Source: an uncultured bacterium (lineage in GTDB: Bacteria > Zixibacteria > MSB-5A5 > UBA10806). From it: DNA of 64,000 bases. Each line of letters begins with the position of its first letter. Within the stretch, counting starts at the first letter, position 1. The translations under genes were made by a program, and so were the position numbers. Location of the stretch: NCBI GenBank assembly GCA_965541585.1, contig CBEUCH010000005.1, forward strand, positions 1-64,000. Direction: 5' to 3'. Below the pieces are notes generated by a model. It had not been told where the DNA came from and searched no databases. It worked only from the letters and a program-made list of their open reading frames with translations. This document shows positions 1-8,840 of this stretch, piece after piece.

Positions 1-291
1 CTTACCTGCCGCTTCTGATACAAAGGTCACCTCTCCCAGTTCCTCGGAGACGACGTAACCGGTGCAGTTGTGGAGCTGAAGGTGGCAATTATGGGTGTAC
101 ACTACCACGAGTGCACCCCTGGATTCCTCGGCCAACGCCACCTCCGGATATATCTCCAAGGATAACTGCCTTTTTTCCTCCGGTTTCACCAGCTTCAACC
201 TGTAATGATCTTTCAGATCACTTACTTCCGGTTGACCGAGGCAACCGGCTATTTTTTCTATATCCTCCTTTGAGAGGACACTCTTAGCCAT
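1..291 (-). CDS. Hypothetical protein, runs off the window edge
   Basis: ATG at 291 just after the tatA stop; open frame MAKSVLSKEDIEKIAGCLG... to position 1 (manual translation); no family recognised. Confidence 0.65.
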   Translation of the reverse strand, partial: MAKSVLSKEDIEKIAGCLGQPEVSDLKDHYRLKLVKPEEKRQLSLEIYPEVALAEESRGALVVVYTHNCHLQLHNCTGYVVSEELGEVTFVSEAAGK

Positions 292-293
292 CT

Positions 294-533
294 TTATTTC
301 TCTGGTTTTTCCTTTTCTTCCTTTTTAGTCTTTTCAATTTTGCGGGTGGAGTTCTCATCGACATCTATTTCTGTCTGTACGTCCTTCACGGACTTCTTAA
401 ACTCCCTGATCCCCTTGCCCAACCCCTGGGCGATCTCAGGGATTCGTTTAGCCCCGAAAAGAATCAGGACTATTACGAGGATGATGATGAGTTCGCCACC
501 CCCCGGCATCGAGATTAAGATTATCTCATTCAT
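294..533 (-). CDS. tatA: Twin-arginine translocase subunit TatA/TatE
   Basis: [36 protein letters not shown] helix, FG hinge, amphipathic helix, charged tail. Confidence 0.95.
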   Translation of the reverse strand: MNEIILISMPGGGELIIILVIVLILFGAKRIPEIAQGLGKGIREFKKSVKDVQTEIDVDENSTRKIEKTKKEEKEKPEK

Positions 534-549
534 ATTGTCACCTCTACTT

Positions 550-849
550 CTATATGTACCACCACTTAAAGTATATTATAATCAAAATGACCATCAATAC
601 GGAAACAAAATTTATTTTTATCAGTAATCCGAACGCCAGCGAGATGCTATAGAGATTGAAGTAAAACGGTTCCTGAATTTCGTTTACGGTGATTCCCCGT
701 TTGCCGATCCCTATCTCCAGGTTCTTCTGGAAAAGCGTCTTCACAGCTCCGTCGGGCAGGTAATCCCCGATAAGCTGTCCCAGAAACCCGCCAAGGACAG
801 TCGCCAGCACGAGAGATAAAATTAAAAAGGTGAGTTCTCTATCCTTCAT
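550..849 (-). CDS. Small membrane protein (DUF4321-like)
   Basis: 99 aa with N- and C-terminal hydrophobic segments; overlaps the purQ stop; family assignment from memory only. Confidence 0.65.
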   Translation of the reverse strand: MKDRELTFLILSLVLATVLGGFLGQLIGDYLPDGAVKTLFQKNLEIGIGKRGITVNEIQEPFYFNLYSISLAFGLLIKINFVSVLMVILIIIYFKWWYI

Positions 850-1549
850 TCGAACCTCGCTTACCGTTAGTTGAGCACAGCGATTTCAAAATAGACAGGC
901 CGTCTTCGGAGCCGAGAATCGCCTCGCAGGCCCTTTCGGGATGAGGCATCAGGCCGGCAACGTTACCATTATCATTGACAATCCCGGCTATACCATTTAA
1001 CGATCCATTCGGATTGGCCTCCGAGGTAACGACACCGTCCTCGTCGACGTAGCGGAATATCACTCGGCCTTCGGATTCCAGCTCTGAAAGCGTGGCCGGA
1101 TCGGCAAAATAGCTGCCCTCATTATGTGCAACCGGCATCCTGAGACGGCCCCCGATTTCCAACTTTGAGGTAAAAGCAGTATTGTCATTTTCCACCCTCA
1201 GGATAACCTGGCGGCAGACAAAACGGAGATTGGAATTCCTGATCATACCTCCCGGCAGCAGACCTGATTCGAGCAAAATCTGGAATCCGTTACATATCCC
1301 CAGAACCAGGCCTCCGTCTGAGGCGAAATCAACTACTCTTTTCATTATTGGCGAAAAACGGGCAATGGAACCCGACCTCAGGTAGTCCCCGTATGAAAAA
1401 CCGCCCGGCAGGATAATGGCCTGGCATCCATGTATTTCGTCGTCGCCATGCCACAAATACGTTACATCGACACCGTCGATCAGTTTAAGAGCCCGGTACG
1501 CGTCATAATCGCAATTGGAACCGGGGAATATGACTACCCCGACTTTCAA
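839..1549 (-). CDS. purQ: FGAM synthase glutaminase subunit PurQ
   Basis: [25 protein letters not shown] (catalytic Cys), MPHPER. Confidence 0.97.
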   Translation of the reverse strand: MKVGVVIFPGSNCDYDAYRALKLIDGVDVTYLWHGDDEIHGCQAIILPGGFSYGDYLRSGSIARFSPIMKRVVDFASDGGLVLGICNGFQILLESGLLPGGMIRNSNLRFVCRQVILRVENDNTAFTSKLEIGGRLRMPVAHNEGSYFADPATLSELESEGRVIFRYVDEDGVVTSEANPNGSLNGIAGIVNDNGNVAGLMPHPERACEAILGSEDGLSILKSLCSTNGKRGSNEG

Positions 1550-1794
1550 CGAGCAACCTCTATTTCATAGCCTTCTATGATCGGATTGGCTAAAAGCTTG
1601 GATGCAGCTTTATCCGCGATTACTCTCGCATCGGCTTCCGACTCCGCGTTAATCACCAGTCGGAAGATCTTACCGGTACTGACCTGTACGACGGTATCAA
1701 AACCAAGGTCCGATAGGGCTCTCCCGATCGTCTGTCCCTGAGGATCCAGAACGCCGTTCTTCAACGAAACCTTCACGTTAGCCATGAATTTCAT
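1546..1794 (-). CDS. purS: FGAM synthase subunit PurS
   Basis: [10 protein letters not shown] and LLANPIIE motifs, 82 aa, adjacent to purQ. Confidence 0.95.
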   Translation of the reverse strand: MKFMANVKVSLKNGVLDPQGQTIGRALSDLGFDTVVQVSTGKIFRLVINAESEADARVIADKAASKLLANPIIEGYEIEVAR

Positions 1795-2594
1795 TGCACA
1801 TCCTCATCGTCATCTTCTTTTCCGCCTCGCCTGAAAATTGAGGGTGGGTAGAGGAAACTGACCTTCCCACCTCCCTTGAAAACCAAATAAGTCATCTTCG
1901 ATAAACCGTAGACAATATATGCTATGGCAAGGGGAAATATAACCAGCGACGCATTTATCATTAAACCGACTGCCACCAACAATAGGAACAGCACTTTTAT
2001 TCGATCTTTTGGTTTTGAGAAATCGAATTTCGGCATTTTCTCGTATTCGATTGTGGAGACCATAAGAGCGGCCGAGGCGATTACCAGAATGACGAAGAAT
2101 TTCTCAAATCTGATTTCACCCCACACCTCATTACAGAACAGGACATACGAAACGATGGTTATTGCGGCTGAGGGTATGGGAAGACCCACGAAATTGGTTT
2201 TTTCCTCCAGCGACGCCGACAGGCTGAACCGGGCCAGCCTGAAGCTTCCCGCCATGAGATAAACGAAGGCCAGTATCCAGGCCCAGTTGCCCTTTGAAAT
2301 AAGGGAAAAGCTAATGATCAAGACCCCGGGGGCCACGCCAAAGGACACTATATCGGCCAGCGAATCCAGCTCCACGCCAAGCCTCGATGTTGAGCGGGAA
2401 AATCGGGCCACCATACCGTCGAGGAAATCCAGGAAGGCGGCCAGGATTATCAGCCAGACAACTTCATTTAGATTATGGCTTTGTTCGGAGCCGATCAGAT
2501 GTCTTGAGCCGCCCGCCACAACGATAGCCCCGAATCCACAGGCCAGATTCCCCATGGTGAACATTCCGGGCAGGATTCCCCTGATACTGTTCAC
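1791..2594 (-). CDS. pssA: CDP-diacylglycerol--serine O-phosphatidyltransferase
   Basis: DFLDGMVAR...G.ELDSLADIVSFGVAP CDP-alcohol phosphotransferase motif; next to psd. Confidence 0.93.
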   Translation of the reverse strand: MNSIRGILPGMFTMGNLACGFGAIVVAGGSRHLIGSEQSHNLNEVVWLIILAAFLDFLDGMVARFSRSTSRLGVELDSLADIVSFGVAPGVLIISFSLISKGNWAWILAFVYLMAGSFRLARFSLSASLEEKTNFVGLPIPSAAITIVSYVLFCNEVWGEIRFEKFFVILVIASAALMVSTIEYEKMPKFDFSKPKDRIKVLFLLLVAVGLMINASLVIFPLAIAYIVYGLSKMTYLVFKGGGKVSFLYPPSIFRRGGKEDDDEDVQ

Positions 2595-3211
2595 GGCAAC
2601 CTCCCCAGAATTGTCTCGCCGGCAATGACCTTTTGTTTCAGACGGACATTCAATTGCGAACCGGGGGGCATCAGGAGATCGACCCGGCTGCCGAAACGGA
2701 TTATGCCGACCCTTTCCCCGGCTCTCACCTCCTGACCTTCCTCAGGATTAAATACGACTCTCCGGGCGATAGCGCCGGTAACCTGATTCATCTTTACAAT
2801 CCCCGATGCCGTTTCTATCTCAATCTCATTGCGCTGATTGGCCCGCTGAGCCTCGTCTTTAAATGCTGCCAGGAATTTCCCCCGAAGAAAACTCACTGAT
2901 CTTACCGTTCCCGTTACGGGGGAACGATTTACGTGAACATCGAATATGGACAGGAAAATCGATAGCGACGCTAACCCGGAATCACTTTCGCATTTGACAA
3001 TTCTTCCGTCCGCCGGAGCCAGAATAAGCTTTTCGCCCTCGGGCACGCGGCGCTCCGGATCCCGAAAGAAAAGCATAATTATGAGCGCCAGGAAGAAAAA
3101 TACGGTGGCAACATAGACGAACGGAAATATCAGGAATTTGTAGAAGAGAATAAAAAATCCCGCCGCAAGTATCAAAAATGGCAATGGAAATAGAATTCCT
3201 TCCCTGGTCAT
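2591..3211 (-). CDS. psd: Phosphatidylserine decarboxylase proenzyme
   Basis: FFRDPER, APADG, SIFDVHVNRSP and FGSRVD self-cleavage motif. Confidence 0.93.
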   Translation of the reverse strand: MTREGILFPLPFLILAAGFFILFYKFLIFPFVYVATVFFFLALIIMLFFRDPERRVPEGEKLILAPADGRIVKCESDSGLASLSIFLSIFDVHVNRSPVTGTVRSVSFLRGKFLAAFKDEAQRANQRNEIEIETASGIVKMNQVTGAIARRVVFNPEEGQEVRAGERVGIIRFGSRVDLLMPPGSQLNVRLKQKVIAGETILGRLP

Positions 3212-4503
3212 TTCGCTGTGGCCCTGTCTATAACCTTTCCGGCCTCGCGAGTATAGTAGGAAATATCAAAAAGGCTGTCAATCTCTTTCGGGTTCAAATA
3301 CTTGCTGACAACAGAGGATGATTTCAGCAGAGTCTTGAAATCCGCTCCCTTATCCCAGCTTTTCATGGCCAGGCCCTGAACCAGTTCATAAGCTTCCTCG
3401 CGGCTGGGCATCTTTTCTGTTAAGGCAAGCAATATCCTTTGCGAGAAAACCAGCCCGCGGGTGAGTTCAATATTCTTTTTCATTCTCTCGGTGTTGATTT
3501 TCAGATTTGAGAGCGTATGATAGAGTTTATCGAGCATATAATGCAAAAGGATTGTGGAATCCGGTATTATGATCCGCTCTACCGACGAATGAGTGATGTC
3601 CCGCTCGTGCCATAAGGCCATATTCTCCATGGCGGCCATGGAGTTTGCCCTCAATACCCGCGCCAGGCCTGCAAGCCTTTCACAGATGATGGGATTTCTC
3701 TTATGGGGCATGGCGGATGATCCTTTCTGCCCCTTCGCAAAACCTTCTTCCAATTCGAGGATCTCAGTTCGCTGAAGGTTGCGGATCTCGGTGGCGATCT
3801 TCTCAACGGTACCGCCGATTATGGCCAGAACCGCAAGAAAATGGGCATGCCTGTCTCTTTGAACCACCTGCGTGGAGACCTCCGCCGGCTTCAGCCCGAG
3901 CTTTTTGCATACAGCCTCTTCAAGCTCAGGGGTGGTATTGGCGAAATTACCCACCGCCCCCGATATTTTACCCGTCGCCACATCCTTTATGGCGGAATCA
4001 AGTCTTTTTATATTGCGAACAGTCTCGGTATACCAGAGTGCCAGCTTAAGGCCAAACACAGTCGGTTCCGCATGGACTCCGTGGGTCCGCCCGATACACA
4101 CAGCGCCTTTATACCGGGGTGCTTCTGCCTTCAGGAAATCTGCAATCGACTTCAGTTTCTCTCTGATCAAAAGGCCTGCCTGCTTCATCTGCAAGGCAAG
4201 CGAGGTATCGAGGATATCGTATGACGTCAAGCCGACATGGATATATTTCGACTCATTTCCGACGTTTTCAGCGACGTTCGTGAGAAAGGCGATAACGTCA
4301 TGATTCACCTTTGCCTCTATAGCGGCTATCCGGTCGACATCAAAACTCGCCTTCCGTTTGATAACCGAGACGGCCTTTGACGGGATCTTGCCGCTCTCGG
4401 CCATGGCCTCGCAGACGGCTATTTCTACTTTCAGCCAGGTGGCAAATTTATTTTCGTCAGACCAGAGATCCGCCATCTCCGGCATTGTATAACGACTGAT
4501 CAT
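3208..4503 (-). CDS. purB: Adenylosuccinate lyase
   Basis: GRTHGVHAEP and GSSAMPHKRNP signature. Confidence 0.97.
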   Translation of the reverse strand: MISRYTMPEMADLWSDENKFATWLKVEIAVCEAMAESGKIPSKAVSVIKRKASFDVDRIAAIEAKVNHDVIAFLTNVAENVGNESKYIHVGLTSYDILDTSLALQMKQAGLLIREKLKSIADFLKAEAPRYKGAVCIGRTHGVHAEPTVFGLKLALWYTETVRNIKRLDSAIKDVATGKISGAVGNFANTTPELEEAVCKKLGLKPAEVSTQVVQRDRHAHFLAVLAIIGGTVEKIATEIRNLQRTEILELEEGFAKGQKGSSAMPHKRNPIICERLAGLARVLRANSMAAMENMALWHERDITHSSVERIIIPDSTILLHYMLDKLYHTLSNLKINTERMKKNIELTRGLVFSQRILLALTEKMPSREEAYELVQGLAMKSWDKGADFKTLLKSSSVVSKYLNPKEIDSLFDISYYTREAGKVIDRATAK

Positions 4504-5147
4504 TACTTTTTTACCTTCTCCCAGTCGGCTAAGAATTTCTCGAGCCCTGCGTCGGTAAGAGGATGGTTCAACAGCTTATCGATTACCGCAAATGGCATGG
4601 TAACAATATCAGCACCGATCAAAGCCGCCTCCACCACATGCATGGCGTGACGAACCGATGCTACCAGCACCTCTGTCTCGAAGCCGTAATTATCGTAAAT
4701 AGTTACGATCTGCTCTATAAGGTCCATGCCGGAGGTCGAGATATCGTCCAGCCGTCCTATGAACGGGGAGATAAATGTCGCGCCGGCCTTGGCGGCAATC
4801 AAGGCCTGAGTTGGCGAAAAGCATAGGGTCACGTTGACCTTAATTCCCTCGGCGGTCAATCTTCTGATAACCGTAACGCCGCTGCGAATTATCGGTATCT
4901 TAATCACAATATTATCGGCGATCTTTGCCAGCTCGTGTGCTTCTTTGATCATTCCATCGGTGGTTGTAGAAGTCACCTCCGCCGATACCGGCCCATCCAC
5001 AATACTGCAGATCTCTTTAAGAACATCCAGGTACGGCTTATTTTCTCTTGATAGCAGCGTCGGATTGGTCGTGACACCGTCGAGTATCCCCATCTCCCGG
5101 GCGGTTCGTATTTCGTCCGTGTTACCGGTGTCGATAAAGAACTTCAT
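4503..5147 (-). CDS. tal: Transaldolase / fructose-6-phosphate aldolase family
   Basis: [19 protein letters not shown] Schiff-base Lys, SPFIGRLDD. Confidence 0.9.
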   Translation of the reverse strand: MKFFIDTGNTDEIRTAREMGILDGVTTNPTLLSRENKPYLDVLKEICSIVDGPVSAEVTSTTTDGMIKEAHELAKIADNIVIKIPIIRSGVTVIRRLTAEGIKVNVTLCFSPTQALIAAKAGATFISPFIGRLDDISTSGMDLIEQIVTIYDNYGFETEVLVASVRHAMHVVEAALIGADIVTMPFAVIDKLLNHPLTDAGLEKFLADWEKVKK

Positions 5148-5902
5148 ATCTTAATCCCCTCGTATTGCACGCCGACCAGGTACAGTCCGTTGGCGGGCGC
5201 TATGAATTTCGCTTTTTCATCGATCCCACCCCTCAATAACATTTTGAAACGGGATACTTCAATCTTTCCATCGGCTATAGCCACCATAGTTCCCACAAGC
5301 AGCCTGACCATATTATGCAAAAACCGGTTGGCCGTAATATCGAATCTCAAATGCCCTCCGTAACGAGACCAATCCGAGTACATAATTTTACAATTATTGC
5401 TGGTTTTTCTCGACTTGATTTTACAGAAATTATCAAAACAAGTCGATTTTCTCACCAGCATTGCCATCCGTTTCAGCAAAGCCATATCGAACCGTCTTCC
5501 GAGTACCCACGAGAAACCTTGAGCCAGCGCCGATGGTTTCTCCGATATCAGATATCGATAGCTTCTGCTTAAAGCATCACGGGGGCAATTAAGATTCAGC
5601 GGAACCTCACGGCAACCGGTTATGACAATGTCGCCCGGGAGCATCCTGTTCAGCCTATGCATAATTTGACCTGCGCTCATACGATTCAATGTGCGGAAAT
5701 TGGCGTACTGGGCCAGAGCGTGCACACCAGAGTCGGTTCGTCCCGAACCTATAGGCGTTATATCCTCTCTTAAGAACCTTCGCAATCTGTCTTTCAGTAC
5801 GCCTTGAACTGTCCTTCCTCTGGCTTGAATCTGCCACCCAACAAAATCAGTCCCGCAGTATTCCATTCTCAAGAGGATATTTCGCAAACTCAATACCGCC
5901 AT
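5144..5902 (-). CDS. truA: tRNA pseudouridine(38-40) synthase TruA
   Basis: [14 protein letters not shown] (catalytic Asp), [15 protein letters not shown]. Confidence 0.93.
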   Translation of the reverse strand: MAVLSLRNILLRMEYCGTDFVGWQIQARGRTVQGVLKDRLRRFLREDITPIGSGRTDSGVHALAQYANFRTLNRMSAGQIMHRLNRMLPGDIVITGCREVPLNLNCPRDALSRSYRYLISEKPSALAQGFSWVLGRRFDMALLKRMAMLVRKSTCFDNFCKIKSRKTSNNCKIMYSDWSRYGGHLRFDITANRFLHNMVRLLVGTMVAIADGKIEVSRFKMLLRGGIDEKAKFIAPANGLYLVGVQYEGIKI

Positions 5903-6624
5903 CCTACACCGAGAATAATCATCGAAATCATGATTACAGATATGCCGGAAACCGAAAACCGTACGGGCGGGAATACGGCTTTTGCATATCTGGTGGCATA
6001 TCCCTTAACACTCAGGGCCATCGAAGTGGATTCGGCTCTTTTGAAAGCATTGACAAAAACCGTCCCCACCAATTGAATCGCCACCCGCGCCTTTTCTATC
6101 ATCCCTCCCTCAAAACCTATTCCTCTGGCTCTGAAAGCAAGAAGGGTCATTTTACCTTCTCTGGAGAAATCGGGGAGAAAACGCAAGGCCAGAGAAAACG
6201 AAAGCGCAAAAGAAGATATTAACTTCCTGGCAGGGCCTGAATAACGCGCCGCCCGCTCCAGCGGCCTGGTTAACTCGAAGGGATCGACCGTAAGAAGAAT
6301 CACATAAGCGGCATAGGCAAACGCCGTCAGCTTAGCTCCATAGAACAGGCCTGTCCCGGCTCCCTCGAGTGTGGCGGTCAAAAACAAAATGGAAAAGAGC
6401 TCTCGCCCGGAATGGGAAAACAGATGAAATACAAACAAAAACACAAGAAGCCATACAACCAGCCGCGCCACACGTATAATGGATTTAGGATCCTTCCCCC
6501 AGACAAGCAAAGCTGCAGTTGCCGCCAGTATCATTATTAGAATGGCCAGAGAGTCGGTTGCCATAACCGATGCAGCAGCCACCGATACGGCGAATATGAA
6601 TCTCGACAATGACCCGGCTTTCAA
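5890..6624 (-). CDS. ecfT: Energy-coupling factor transporter transmembrane component EcfT/CbiQ
   Basis: Multi-TM protein with LALRFLP and ARG coupling motif; upstream of truA. Confidence 0.85.
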   Translation of the reverse strand: MKAGSLSRFIFAVSVAAASVMATDSLAILIMILAATAALLVWGKDPKSIIRVARLVVWLLVFLFVFHLFSHSGRELFSILFLTATLEGAGTGLFYGAKLTAFAYAAYVILLTVDPFELTRPLERAARYSGPARKLISSFALSFSLALRFLPDFSREGKMTLLAFRARGIGFEGGMIEKARVAIQLVGTVFVNAFKRAESTSMALSVKGYATRYAKAVFPPVRFSVSGISVIMISMIILGVGWRY

Positions 6625-6735
6625 AATCCCTTTCCTCCAGTCGAACTGATCCGATTATCTTAAACCTATAACTTAATACATTTCCGCCTAATTTTCAAGC
6701 ACGTCAATTATCCCGATTTCCCGCCCCGATGTCCC

Positions 6736-6764
6736 TTGCAGTAGCATCGTAAAGACGCTATTTT
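6736..6764 (+). promoter_or_regulatory. sigma70-type promoter of the MFS gene, probably leaderless
   Basis: TTGCAG-N17-TATTTT, 7 nt before ATG 6772; no Shine-Dalgarno. Confidence 0.55.
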
Positions 6765-6771
6765 ACGGCCC

Positions 6772-8016
6772 ATGTCTCAAAGCGATGCACATTTCAAGAG
6801 AAACTTCACATTCGGCGTACTGAACGGCACATTCTTCATGGCAGCCCTGGCATTCATGGCCGGCTCCACCGTAATGCCGGTTTTCATATCGAAACTCACG
6901 GACTCCCGTGTCCTGATAGGTCTCTTTTCACATCTGGAATGGTTCGGCTGGCTGCTTCCGCAGCTTTTTGCGGCTATCTTCCTGGCTCACAGAGTGAAGG
7001 TACTATCTTTCTACAATGGCCTCTCGGCGCTCAGGCTATTGCTATTCGCCATCTGTATAGCATCCATCTTTGTCTTCAAAGACAACTATACAGCGATCCT
7101 TATCGCATTCGGCGTCACATTTACCATTTTCTCGATGTCGTCCGGCCTGGCCGGCGTGGCCTTTACCGAGGTGGCCGGCAAGATCATCCCTTTGAACAAA
7201 CGGGGAAGCTTCTTCGGGCTGCGGATGTTCTCAGGAGGGCTGTTGGCCGCCGTTGGAGGCCTGCTGGTGAAAAAAATCATCGCCACGTATGCATTCCCCT
7301 ATGATTTCGGCTACGTATGCATGGTGGCCTGGGGACTGATGTTTCTGGGTTTGGCCGCATTTGCGTTGGTAAAAGAGCCGAAGGCGAACGAGCAAATGCC
7401 CAAGGCACCACCGTCGACGCAGCTCAAATCGGCTCTCAAAATCTTCAAAAACGACGATAATTTCAGGAAGCTCATTTTCTCCCGCATCTGGATCAACACG
7501 GCCCTGATGGCAATACCGTTCTATGTGGTTTTCTCAATAGAAGAATTGAACGCACCCGAATGGATGGCCGGGATCTACCTGACTGCCCAGATGATCGGCT
7601 ACCTGGCCTCGAACCTGCTCTGGGGCTGGCTTTCGAACCGCATCTCCAACAAGGTGGTGATAGTCCTCTCCGCCCTTTCCAGAGCCTTTCCCCCCATAAT
7701 AGTATTCTTTTGCTTCTACCATCCTGTCAGCCCGATGATGTTTGCGCCCGTTTTCATTTTCATAGGGATGGCTGAATCCGGAATCGATATGGGGTATATG
7801 ACCTATCTATTGGAGATAGCCCCCGAAAAAGGCAGGGTTCTCTCAATCGGGCTTTTTCACACCCTGATTGCTCCCACTGTGCTCTTTTCCGGCGTCGGCG
7901 GTTGGCTCAGTCAGATTCTGTCATTAAAATGGCTGTTTGGTATAGTCTTTATAACGACTCTGATATCCCTGATAATATCAGCGAGGCTTCGGGAGCCCAG
8001 GCTCAAATCATCCTGA
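6772..8016 (+). CDS. MFS transporter
   Basis: 414 aa, about 12 TM segments, GWLSNRISNK motif A-like loop. Confidence 0.9.
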   Translation: MSQSDAHFKRNFTFGVLNGTFFMAALAFMAGSTVMPVFISKLTDSRVLIGLFSHLEWFGWLLPQLFAAIFLAHRVKVLSFYNGLSALRLLLFAICIASIFVFKDNYTAILIAFGVTFTIFSMSSGLAGVAFTEVAGKIIPLNKRGSFFGLRMFSGGLLAAVGGLLVKKIIATYAFPYDFGYVCMVAWGLMFLGLAAFALVKEPKANEQMPKAPPSTQLKSALKIFKNDDNFRKLIFSRIWINTALMAIPFYVVFSIEELNAPEWMAGIYLTAQMIGYLASNLLWGWLSNRISNKVVIVLSALSRAFPPIIVFFCFYHPVSPMMFAPVFIFIGMAESGIDMGYMTYLLEIAPEKGRVLSIGLFHTLIAPTVLFSGVGGWLSQILSLKWLFGIVFITTLISLIISARLREPRLKSS

Positions 8017-8659
8017 CATAGATTTCACGGGCGATCGAATCATCGATTGCTATATCCGTCGATCCCAGCTTCAAAAGATATGATGGTTTTTTCTGATGCA
8101 GAATGAATTTGCCTCCGGGAACCACCCCCAGATTTATCAGGCGGCTGAGCCTCTGATGGTATGGAGTAGTGATGAACACGATTTTAGCTTCCCGTCCGAC
8201 CGGCAACTCGCGCAACGGTATGACAATCGGCGCTGCCTGACGTCGAGGGCCCCTGCAACATTCGCCGGGAGGAATTCTCTTGCCGTGCGGGCAGGTGGGC
8301 GGGTGACCGAGTATGGTGCAGACCGATTCGGTAACAGCAGGATCCAGGACGTGCTCGAACGAGCAGCTTGTGGAATGCAGAGCCGAATCTTTTAGCTCGA
8401 GTATTTCGGAAAAGAGCCTTTCCGCCAGGCGATGCCGCCTTACGAGCTGCTCCCCGAATGCCATACCGGCCGAGTTGAGATTTACGGCGCCGTCCTCGAT
8501 GATAATCATCTCTTGCGCGGTAAGAGAATCCAGTTCCTCTTCCGAGGGCAGCGCCGGCAGATGCAGATCGGAGATCTTGATCGGAAGTCTGTTTTCTTCC
8601 CAGGCCTTATAAAGAACCTCCAGGAATTCATGGATCGTATGTTCTTTATGAATCTCCAG
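8003..8659 (-). CDS. DtxR/MntR-family metal-binding protein with C-terminal FeoA domain, CTG start
   Basis: RRHRLAERL, FEH, CPHG.IP DtxR motifs and FeoA-like C-terminus; frame extends 50 codons beyond the ORF-track ATG to a CTG at 8659, 7 nt after AGGAGG, with an in-frame TAA just upstream. Confidence 0.85.
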   Translation of the reverse strand: MEIHKEHTIHEFLEVLYKAWEENRLPIKISDLHLPALPSEEELDSLTAQEMIIIEDGAVNLNSAGMAFGEQLVRRHRLAERLFSEILELKDSALHSTSCSFEHVLDPAVTESVCTILGHPPTCPHGKRIPPGECCRGPRRQAAPIVIPLRELPVGREAKIVFITTPYHQRLSRLINLGVVPGGKFILHQKKPSYLLKLGSTDIAIDDSIAREIYVRMI

Positions 8660-8840
8660 AGCGGCTCCTCCTTTTTAGAATTCTCAATAATAAATCCACG
8701 AAGAAAGTCGATCTTACCCAGCCATAGCCGCAATTGGGGCAGCAGATTTTCTCGCAATTGGAGTTGAGCGGGCAGCCATTGCAGGCGGTAGCGGAATCCG
8801 GATCGAACCGGTATCCACAGAGCGAACAGGTCACCACCAT
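8646..8840 (-). CDS. Small Cys-rich protein (8 Cys) of the feo operon
   Basis: CSLC...CNGCP...C...CCPNCGY; overlaps the feoB stop and the next gene's start. Confidence 0.75.
   Translation of the reverse strand: MVVTCSLCGYRFDPDSATACNGCPLNSNCEKICCPNCGYGWVRSTFFVDLLLRILKRRSRSGDS

Noticed and set aside
8506..8757. 83-aa ORF suggesting a frameshifted DtxR gene
   Set aside because: The DtxR frame is open back to CTG 8659, so no frameshift is needed; this ORF is an alternative frame
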